From NCBI GenBank assembly GCA_040387855.1, contig JAZKCY010000001.1, forward strand, positions 381,857-445,856: a DNA stretch of 64,000 bases, in the 5' to 3' direction. How positions within the stretch are numbered: position 1 is the first letter of the stretch; each line of letters starts with the position of its first letter. The notes below the pieces were generated by a model. That model did no database searches and was not told the DNA's origin. It saw only the letters and a list, made by a program, of their open reading frames with translations. Position numbers and translations under genes: made by a program. Of the stretch, positions 56,812-64,000 are shown piece after piece. This stretch comes from Patescibacteria group bacterium. Its GTDB lineage: Bacteria; Patescibacteriota; Minisyncoccia; Phycocordibacterales; JAKAEA01.

Positions 56812-56847
56812 GTGCAAGTATTCTGGAAGCGTATCGCTTCCAGTTTT

Positions 56848-57447
56848 TTATTTGGGAAAATATCTTTGCTCGGCAAATGTTAATTCTGCTTCAGACAATT
56901 CTTTTTTGCTTGCAAATGCCCATAGCTCAAAATCTTGTATTCGTCTTTTCCCAATTACAGATTTAAAGCCAACTGATTTCAAAGAATATAAAAGTACAGG
57001 AAGCGTAAAACCTGTTTTATGTGTCATATATGTTTTACCTTCTGCTATTGCTTTGCGAAAACCATAGAGCATATCTAAAGGGGTGACTGGACCCTCAGGG
57101 GACATATATATTTCTTCAAGTAATTTACCCTCAGCCACTAAAGATGCAATAGCTTGAAGATCTGGGCATGCGATAAGCACAAATCCATCAGAGTTAAGAA
57201 CACGAATAAATTCATCAAATGCTTTGTGAACCTCTTGTGGATAGAGATGTTCTACGGTATGAGATGTAAACACAGCATCAAAAGATTCTGTGGCTATTTG
57301 TGGCATATTGGTTATATCACCAACAACATCTGGTTTTAGTTCGGGATCAAGATCTAATCGTGTTTCTTTCCATTCATCAGGTTCAAATGATACAGGGATT
57401 TCTCGGTAGGTCTTTTCACCACTACCTGCATGTAAAAGTGATTTCAT
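56848..57447 (-). CDS. SAM-dependent methyltransferase (type 11-like)
   Basis: LHAGSG, RLDLDP, FDAVFTSHTVEHLY, HKTGFT. Confidence 0.85.
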   Translation of the reverse strand: MKSLLHAGSGEKTYREIPVSFEPDEWKETRLDLDPELKPDVVGDITNMPQIATESFDAVFTSHTVEHLYPQEVHKAFDEFIRVLNSDGFVLIACPDLQAIASLVAEGKLLEEIYMSPEGPVTPLDMLYGFRKAIAEGKTYMTHKTGFTLPVLLYSLKSVGFKSVIGKRRIQDFELWAFASKKELSEAELTFAEQRYFPK

Positions 57448-57467
57448 AGATGCCAGTAATACAGTGA

Positions 57468-58295
57468 TTAATACACTCGCTCAATATTATCTAAATGTTC
57501 TTGATACGTTCGTGCTGTATGGATCTTTCCATTGTCATCATGCAAATAGAAAAATGCATCTGTTTTTCCAGGATTTAATGCTGCTTCAATTGCAGCTTCA
57601 CCAGGATTTGAAATTGCTGATGGGGGAAGTCCTTTGTTTTTGTACGTATTAAATGGTGATTCGATGTATTTGTCAGCAGGGACTACTTTTGGCCACCACT
57701 TAGTCTTACTACCTTTTGCATATTGAAGTGTGGCATCCATATCGAGTGACATTCCTTCAAAGAGTCGATTCCAGATCACACCTGAAATAATCTTCATGTC
57801 ACTTTTACTTCCTGCTTCTCGTTGAATGATAGAAGCTATTTTAATTGCAGTGTCCATATTAATGACATTTGTTTTAAGCTTTTCATTGCTCTCAACTACT
57901 TCTTCATTAAATGCAGTTATGATCTTTTTACTTACATCAGGTGCTTTTGCACGAAGGGGGACTACATAATTGCCAGGGAAAAAATATCCTTCAGTTGCAC
58001 CTTTGGTTGCTTCAGAATGAATGGCGAGTAACTTTCGCTTTTCAGTTTCAGACCATCCAAGAGTTTTACCAAATCGTTCAATAACTTCTTCTTTGCGCAT
58101 ACCTTCAGTGATTCGTACATTACGTAAATATGGATTAGCAATATTTTGATACATCTCAACTGCTGTGAGACCAAAATAAGATTTCATCTTAAAAAAATAT
58201 CCACCAAAAATAATACCAATAGAAAGAAACGATATGCCCACTACGAGAAGGCCCGACTTCTTTTTTGATGACTTCTTTTTCTTGAGTTTTTTCAC
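57468..58295 (-). CDS. mltG: Endolytic transglycosylase MltG
   Basis: EGYFFPGNY, ASIIQRE, NRL...LDMDAT, SPFNTY...GLPPSAISNPG. Confidence 0.9.
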   Translation of the reverse strand: MKKLKKKKSSKKKSGLLVVGISFLSIGIIFGGYFFKMKSYFGLTAVEMYQNIANPYLRNVRITEGMRKEEVIERFGKTLGWSETEKRKLLAIHSEATKGATEGYFFPGNYVVPLRAKAPDVSKKIITAFNEEVVESNEKLKTNVINMDTAIKIASIIQREAGSKSDMKIISGVIWNRLFEGMSLDMDATLQYAKGSKTKWWPKVVPADKYIESPFNTYKNKGLPPSAISNPGEAAIEAALNPGKTDAFFYLHDDNGKIHTARTYQEHLDNIERVY

Positions 58296-58404
58296 TTTGT
58301 TATTATATCCTGGATAGTCAGACTACTCAATGAATATTTCATGAAATATTTCCATTTTTCGTACGACTATAGTAGTGTAATACTTCTATTCTATATATAA
58401 ATAT

Positions 58405-59973
58405 ATGAAAAAAGCGACATTATCTATTTTAGCTCTAGCAACTATTCTCTTTGGAATAACCATTATAGAAGTACATGCTCAAACAGCGGACGCAACAGTT
58501 ACAGTGACTACACCCGGACCAATTCAACCAGGGCAGTATATAGATGTGTCATGGAGTCTTTCTGAAGAAGATCACAGATCAAGAGATTGGATAGGTCTTT
58601 ATAAATCAGGTGCAACAAACTCATCATATTTAAATTGGAAGTATGCTGAGGATCCACAAGGCTCAGCTTCTCTATATGTACCTCGAGAATCAGGTACCTA
58701 TGAAATCCGGTATATGTCACGTAATGGATTTACGAGTATTGCCAAAAGTTCTAGCTTTACTGTAGGGACGGGAACTGATGGTGGAAATAATAACGGAGGC
58801 AATAATGGCAATGCAACAACAACATCTGGGTATTCTTTAACATTGTCATCTACAAATATTCAATCTGGACAACCGCTTCAAGTATCATGGAAAACTCCCG
58901 ACGATGTTTCTATTTCAAGAGATTGGATTGCTGTGTTTAAAAGTAATTCACAAAATAATAATTATCTCGATTGGGCATATACTTCAGGTAATCGAGAGGG
59001 AACACTGAATCTCTACCCACCAAAAGAAGCTGGATCATATGAGGTTCGATATTTAAAAAAGAATGGGTACACCAGTGTGGCTGAAGTAGCGTTCACTATT
59101 ACTGTTGTAGGAACGAATCCGGATAATGGCAATGGAACTACTACTCCAAATCCCAATCCTGGAACAAATAGTTATAGTGTAACTGCATCTCCGTCTGGAA
59201 ATATATCACCGGGTGCTACTGTCACAATTAGTTGGACAGCACCTCAGGACACAAAGATCTCAAGAGATTGGGTGGGGATTTTTGGTGTTGGTACATCAAA
59301 CCGACAATACTATGAATGGAGTTATACAAATGGAAGAACAGGATCGGTAACACTTAAAGCACCTACAACTGAAGGGGATTATGAAGTAAGATATTTAAAA
59401 AATAATGGATATACAAGTGTTGCAAAGAGTGCTCCATTTAAAATACAACTCGGTAGTATCCCAAATAATAAAAAGATTATAGCTTTTGGTGATAGCTTAA
59501 CTGCTGGTTTTGGAGCTACTGAAGGGAATGATTATGTATCTGTGCTGTCTCGAAGAATTAATCAGCCTATAGAAAATGCTGGAGTCATAGGTGATACAAC
59601 TGCTGAGGCGCTTACTCGCTTGGAAACAAGTGTTTTAAGTAAAAATCCTGATGTTGTCATAATTCTTTTGGGAGGTAATGATGTAATTCAGCGTGTGCCT
59701 CGATCTGAAACATTTGAAAATATTAAAACCATAATAGAAAGAATTAAAGCACGAGGTGCCGATGTTGTTTTAGTGGGAATTCATCAGACTATCTACAATT
59801 CAAATTACAGATCAATAGCCAATCAAACAGATTCGTATTTTGTTCCTGAAGTATTGAGTGGGATTTTAGGACGTAATGATTTAACCGCAGATCTTATTCA
59901 TCCAAATGATGCAGGGTATGTGATAGTCGCTCAGAGAATTGATCCTGTAGTGCGAGTTGCTTTAGCACAATAA
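58405..59973 (+). CDS. Secreted protein with three Ig-like repeats and an SGNH/GDSL esterase
   Basis: Signal peptide; three copies of W...SRDW[IV]...Y..W.Y...G.YE[IV]RY; FGDSL, GGND, DLIHPN. Confidence 0.85.
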   Translation: MKKATLSILALATILFGITIIEVHAQTADATVTVTTPGPIQPGQYIDVSWSLSEEDHRSRDWIGLYKSGATNSSYLNWKYAEDPQGSASLYVPRESGTYEIRYMSRNGFTSIAKSSSFTVGTGTDGGNNNGGNNGNATTTSGYSLTLSSTNIQSGQPLQVSWKTPDDVSISRDWIAVFKSNSQNNNYLDWAYTSGNREGTLNLYPPKEAGSYEVRYLKKNGYTSVAEVAFTITVVGTNPDNGNGTTTPNPNPGTNSYSVTASPSGNISPGATVTISWTAPQDTKISRDWVGIFGVGTSNRQYYEWSYTNGRTGSVTLKAPTTEGDYEVRYLKNNGYTSVAKSAPFKIQLGSIPNNKKIIAFGDSLTAGFGATEGNDYVSVLSRRINQPIENAGVIGDTTAEALTRLETSVLSKNPDVVIILLGGNDVIQRVPRSETFENIKTIIERIKARGADVVLVGIHQTIYNSNYRSIANQTDSYFVPEVLSGILGRNDLTADLIHPNDAGYVIVAQRIDPVVRVALAQ

Positions 59974-59998
59974 ATACTTATTAAAAATAGAAACAATA

Positions 59999-60028
59999 CA
60001 CCCCCAGTCGCCTCTACGACTGGGGGTG
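59999..60028. terminator. GC-rich hairpin between convergent genes
   Basis: cacccccagtcg-cctcta-cgactgggggtg. Confidence 0.75.
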
Positions 60029-60076
60029 GGTTTGGTGTTTCGAAACAAAGAGCTGTGAGTTACTGTTGGTATGTCG

Positions 60077-60694
60077 CTACTTCGCGATATCAGCCGCGTG
60101 GGTTTTGAAGTTCACAATGTAGGAGAAGGCTTGCACCTTCCTACCTGAGTTCTTCACAGCCGTGAACGTACCCATTTCTGGGTTGCTCAAGACCTTGGGG
60201 AAGATCTTGATCCGCTTGCCCGGAGCAAGTTCGATCGGTTTCCCATCTTGAAGCCCTTTGAGCGTGACGCTGAACGAGAACGTGTTCTCGACTTCAGCAT
60301 ACGACTCACGGGCTGTCATCATGGGATCGACGTAGAGCTTGTTCTTGGGACGGTCGGCGTTCCTCGGCGGCAGTTCCGGTGTTGCCGGTGCTGTTGTCGG
60401 GGTAGCCACCTTCGCGGGCTGCTGACCAGATTGACCTGTGAGGATCCCGTTTAGGCTGATCAGCTTAGGCGGGGTGAGCTTCACGATGGTCGGCTGGGCT
60501 GGCTTTGCCGCCCGCCTGGTCGATGGCTGGGTTTGCGCGGTCGGCTTGGTTGTCGGTCCCATGGTGCTTTCACCACGCGGACCAAACCAATGAGCCGGCA
60601 GTGGCCAACCTAGATCCTTGAGGTGGTTGATCCCTGCGACACAAGCTCCGAACAGTACGATTCCAACAGCTAACGGAATGGACATCTTAATCAT
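60077..60694 (-). CDS. GC-rich membrane-anchored orphan with Pro/Thr-rich linker
   Basis: TTGACA-18-TATAAT promoter (~60747-60776 region), GAGGA SD, N-terminal TM, PTTKPTAQTQPSTRR. Confidence 0.7.
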   Translation of the reverse strand: MIKMSIPLAVGIVLFGACVAGINHLKDLGWPLPAHWFGPRGESTMGPTTKPTAQTQPSTRRAAKPAQPTIVKLTPPKLISLNGILTGQSGQQPAKVATPTTAPATPELPPRNADRPKNKLYVDPMMTARESYAEVENTFSFSVTLKGLQDGKPIELAPGKRIKIFPKVLSNPEMGTFTAVKNSGRKVQAFSYIVNFKTHAADIAK

Positions 60695-60849
60695 CGAATT
60701 CCTCGGTAGGACCACAACAAATGGTCTCAGTTTCTCTTGCTGTATTATATCACACTATTATGCATATTGTCAATATATAAAAAGAGGGTAATAATCATGT
60801 GTAATAGCCGTCATTAAAGCCGTAGAATTAGCAGTTAACTATAAAATAT

Positions 60850-60936
60850 ATGGCAGATGAAACAGAAGAAGAATCTAATGAAACGGTAAACGATCCTGAC
60901 CACAACTCTGGAGATGATGGTCAAGATGGTAAATAA
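60850..60936 (+). CDS. Possible 28-aa acidic micropeptide
   Basis: MADETEEESNETVNDPDHNSGDDGQDGK*, followed directly by a terminator. Confidence 0.35.
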   Translation: MADETEEESNETVNDPDHNSGDDGQDGK

Positions 60937-60940
60937 AAAT

Positions 60941-60970
60941 AAAAAAGCCTCACATATATGAGGCTTTTTT
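60941..60970. terminator. Bidirectional terminator
   Basis: aaaaaagcctca-catata-tgaggctttttt. Confidence 0.8.
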
Positions 60971-60987
60971 ATTATGCAGATATAAGC

Positions 60988-61176
60988 TTATGCTTGTAAT
61001 CTGCGTGATCTACTTCGTCGTCCACCTTTTCTACCAGCTTCTCGAGCTTCATCTGATGTAAATTCGTGTGCAGTACCTCTTTCGTGAGCTGCCTTGCCTC
61101 CACGGCTGGCAATTTCTTTCTGTTTTTCTTTATCCATACTTGCGAAGCCTCGTCTGCTCGTATTATTTCCTGCCAT
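60988..61176 (-). CDS. KGG-repeat general stress protein (YciG/con-10 family)
   Basis: RGFASMDKEKQKEIASRGGKA, EAREAGRKGG. Confidence 0.9.
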   Translation of the reverse strand: MAGNNTSRRGFASMDKEKQKEIASRGGKAAHERGTAHEFTSDEAREAGRKGGRRSRSRRLQA

Positions 61177-61292
61177 AAGTTAATTCACAATTGGCCAATA
61201 ATACCGACCTACAGTACTTCAGACGTACACAAGAGGAAAAATTACAATAGTTGTGACTGTATCTTGCTAATAGTATTTGTCAACCAGGACTT

Positions 61293-61739
61293 TTATCGCG
61301 TAACACTAATTATTTCTCCCAATTCTGCACTCGGTGCTGTTAGTGTAATTCTTTTTGTCGTTGCATCTTGCAGAATAGTATAGCCAGTTGTGTATTCTGT
61401 CGACGTGATAGAGCCATTAGATGGGTCAACCGGTATGTCAGTCATGTAATTTGGAATAATACAGTCACGAATATCATACGCTGATGAACTAATGATTGTT
61501 GCAGTGGCTGGTAATGCTCCTTCAGCACAGGTAAACGTGCCTTTATTGTCTGCGATATTTTGGCCTACAGCATTTAATACCGCATTTACATTACTGATTC
61601 GTTGAGTATTACGGGCCTGAGCAAATTGTCTGCCGGGATTTACAGCAACGAGTACAACTGTAGCTAATACAGCTATGATGCCAATGACAACTAATACTTC
61701 TATTAGAGTAAAACCCTGTTTTTTATGTGTGTATTTCAT
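61293..61739 (-). CDS. Type IV pilin
   Basis: QG|FTLIEVLVVIGIIAVL, ARNTQR, disulfide pair, PVDP. Confidence 0.9.
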   Translation of the reverse strand: MKYTHKKQGFTLIEVLVVIGIIAVLATVVLVAVNPGRQFAQARNTQRISNVNAVLNAVGQNIADNKGTFTCAEGALPATATIISSSAYDIRDCIIPNYMTDIPVDPSNGSITSTEYTTGYTILQDATTKRITLTAPSAELGEIISVTR

Positions 61740-61783
61740 ATATACAAGTAAATAACACTCTATATAAAATAAACCTCAAGAAT

Positions 61784-62176
61784 TTATTTAGAATTATGAA
61801 AGATTCTATCTTGTTGCTGGATTAGTAAAGTATCAGATGAAATAGTAGTCATAAATTCTGAGTATGAAAGGGTACTAGATGCAATTGTTGTATACGTATA
61901 TGTATCCAGTTCGGTCGAAATACTACTGATGTAACATGTCTTTGAAAACACAGGATAATATTCGTCTCCAGAATATATAGCATTAGACTGTAATTGCATT
62001 TGTGCTATTTCCGAACATGATAGTGCAGCAAATAAAGTTTCTTGCTTGTCGAGGTTAATTAAATAGGTCTGTTGAAGAAAACGGGTTCTAAGTACAAGAC
62101 TCAGACTAGCAACTGAAAAAAATCCACTGATAAGAATAACAGATAAGAGTGCGACAAATCCTGAAGTATATTTCAT
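61784..62176 (-). CDS. PilX-like minor pilin
   Basis: SG|FVALLSVILI with no E5; AALSCSE. Confidence 0.65.
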   Translation of the reverse strand: MKYTSGFVALLSVILISGFFSVASLSLVLRTRFLQQTYLINLDKQETLFAALSCSEIAQMQLQSNAIYSGDEYYPVFSKTCYISSISTELDTYTYTTIASSTLSYSEFMTTISSDTLLIQQQDRIFHNSK

Positions 62177-62361
62177 GTCTCACTAAGCATTAAAAAATTG
62201 GTTTCTAATTCTTGTGTGATCCTTACATCCATATACTGAGAAAAAGTGCTAAAAGACACCAGGGAGAAGCATGATACGGTAATTAGACCTGAAAGCAATG
62301 CACTATATATGATAGTTTCGATAAGTGTAAAGCCAGATCGGTTTTTTATAGTAGGTATCAT
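62173..62361 (-). CDS. Short minor prepilin
   Basis: SG|FTLIETIIY. Confidence 0.7.
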   Translation of the reverse strand: MIPTIKNRSGFTLIETIIYSALLSGLITVSCFSLVSFSTFSQYMDVRITQELETNFLMLSET

Positions 62362-63632
62362 AATAATGTTGTGATCGTGGTCCCTTCGCAGTCAATATCT
62401 TTGGGTGCTTGCATATATTCTTTTACAGGTACAGACATGACCTGGCTTGTTGTTGCCACATCTATTTTTGAAATATGATTACGGGCAGTTGTAAGGCTTG
62501 CATAGATACTTGAGTTTAGAATACAAAATCCAGTAATAGTACTTTTGAAGTATGCTGAGGTGATAAGTGTGGGTGAAAGAGGATTTGAACTATCAACCAT
62601 AACAAACTCGGGATTTTGTGGAAGTGTAGATCGCTTTCTACCAATATATAAAATATCTCCAGCTCGAATAATTTTCTGTGAATCTTCATTGCCGCTAAAT
62701 GATATAGATGAAACTTCTAAAATACTTGAAGGATTAGAAACATTTAGAATTATTACGTCTTTTGTATTACCAGAAGTTGCGAGATAGGCATAGGGCCAAT
62801 CTACTGTTATGTCATTTATATTGTGGTTTATTTCACGTGAGCCAAGCCACACTGGTTGCGATGGGTTTTCTACATCGAAAATATGAAATTCTCTTCCTGC
62901 GGTACGGTGAGTACCAATATATACTCGAGATCGATAATACTGAATACTTATGGCATCAGGATATGAGCCACTTACACCAGGGAGTGTTGCCTTCGAAATA
63001 CTTGTTGCTGACAATGGTTCGGCAATATCTACTATGTGAAACTGGGTAGTTGTTCCTGTAGCTGCTATAAACATATGTGATTGAGTCACGTCAACAGCTC
63101 GGATGCCTTGGTTTAAATGTATCTTAATAGCTTGAGAAGTATCTGAAATGTCTTTTGGAAATATATAAAGACTTGGTTCTGTTGTGCTTGATACCAATGC
63201 TCCTACATATACATGATCATTCAGTACATCGAGCGATGTAGCATTTGGGACAGTTATTTCTTTGAATGTAATTGAATGGGACTGCTGAATAGGAATCCCT
63301 CCGCAGTCATCTCCATAATCCATGAGGGTTTGTGTGTCTGCATGAAGTACTTGTGCATTAATTGCGACAAGACACGGTGTGGAGTACGATAAATTTTTCC
63401 AGGATGTTGTAGCTGTTTCATTCAGAATAAGATTTTTAATAGTTTGAGTGCTCTTTACGAGAGTTTGTAGTTGAGCTCTTAACGTAGTAGTTCTTTCCAC
63501 TGATGTATATGTAGTGCTTAATGATAGTGTCACTATTGAAACTGTAAACGCAGAAAGGGCTAATGCAATTGTTAATTCAATAAGCATACTACCTCTCGTC
63601 AAAGCTTTTTTTGAGAAATTGTAATTCTTCAT
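62358..63632 (-). CDS. Minor pilin with C-terminal LVIVD-like beta-propeller
   Basis: RG|SMLIELTIAL; repeats FHIVDIAEP, FHIFDVENP, IILNVSNP, FVMVDSSNP; start set at ATG 63632. Confidence 0.7.
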   Translation of the reverse strand: MKNYNFSKKALTRGSMLIELTIALALSAFTVSIVTLSLSTTYTSVERTTTLRAQLQTLVKSTQTIKNLILNETATTSWKNLSYSTPCLVAINAQVLHADTQTLMDYGDDCGGIPIQQSHSITFKEITVPNATSLDVLNDHVYVGALVSSTTEPSLYIFPKDISDTSQAIKIHLNQGIRAVDVTQSHMFIAATGTTTQFHIVDIAEPLSATSISKATLPGVSGSYPDAISIQYYRSRVYIGTHRTAGREFHIFDVENPSQPVWLGSREINHNINDITVDWPYAYLATSGNTKDVIILNVSNPSSILEVSSISFSGNEDSQKIIRAGDILYIGRKRSTLPQNPEFVMVDSSNPLSPTLITSAYFKSTITGFCILNSSIYASLTTARNHISKIDVATTSQVMSVPVKEYMQAPKDIDCEGTTITTLL

Positions 63633-63762
63633 GAGTAATTGAAACCTCTGTTGAGGCGAGATTTTGAAGTGCACTGAAATAAAGCGTAGTATCGACCCAA
63701 ATTCCTGATGCACACAAGATCATAATAATTCCCAAGGTGATAGCTAATTCTAGTACTGACAT
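63589..63762 (-). CDS. 57-aa pilin-like protein without a leader peptide
   Basis: Manually translated: MSVLELAITLGIIMILCASGIWVDTT...; in-frame stop upstream. Confidence 0.5.
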   Translation of the reverse strand: MSVLELAITLGIIMILCASGIWVDTTLYFSALQNLASTEVSITHEELQFLKKSFDER

Positions 63763-63786
63763 ATATATACATGTAAAGTAACTATT

Positions 63787-64000
63787 TCAATGCTTAATAT
63801 TCTGAGTGATGCTGTAGAGTGGAGTGAGCATTGAAAGTGCAACAAAACCTACAATTAGTCCCATTACGATCATAAGTAGCGGCTCAAGCATTCTTGAATA
63901 TGCTTTTGAAAGAGATTCAACCTGCTCATCCAATAACTCAGCACAATATATACATGTCTCTGGAAGTGTTCCTGCCATTTCTGCTGTTGCGAGTAATGTA
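63787..64000 (-). CDS. pilC: Type IV pilus/T2SS-F platform protein, C-terminal part
   Basis: AEMAGTL...LEPLLMIVMGLIVGFVALSMLTPLY. Confidence 0.85.
   Translation of the reverse strand, partial: TLLATAEMAGTLPETCIYCAELLDEQVESLSKAYSRMLEPLLMIVMGLIVGFVALSMLTPLYSITQNIKH

Noticed and set aside
1-64000. Alternative genetic code 25 (TGA=Gly) as in Gracilibacteria
   Set aside because: Conserved genes are full length under code 11, and TGA ends genes such as def, pyrE and pilC

Overview
AT-rich bacterial chromosome segment. Gene content and compactness point to Patescibacteria/CPR, Parcubacteria-like (inference). TGA is used as stop, so genetic code 11. Housekeeping blocks are hpf-fmt-def-priA, HTH-murA, mreB-holB-frr-rseP, proS-mreBCD-mrdA-greA-lysS, mraZ-rsmH-ftsL-ftsI-murF, mltG and a type IV pilin/pilC cluster, plus tRNA-Asn(GTT) and tRNA-Glu(CTC), each bordering an accessory region. 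The main candidate novel system is a ~22 kb co-oriented surface locus (17.8-39.6 kb). It encodes WxL/Csc-like proteins, a 1688-aa fibre adhesin, a private TatC-TatA pair with a small twin-arginine protein, a SPINDLY-type GT41, a signal-less 21-repeat RCC1 protein, glycosyl-, sulfo- and methyltransferases, and a Pro-rich anchor. This may be an 'accessory Tat' route for glycosylated host-attachment fibres. The second signal is six GC-rich single-gene cassettes that carry Shine-Dalgarno sites and their own terminators, whereas many native genes look leaderless. Other observations are an Egghead-like mannosyltransferase paired with a GH5, a LysRS-DUF2000 fusion, a uORF/antiterminator attenuator, a 7-box MraZ operator and tRNA-derived repeats. 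No CRISPR, integrase, transposase or rRNA was seen. All family calls come from motif recognition, not database searches.
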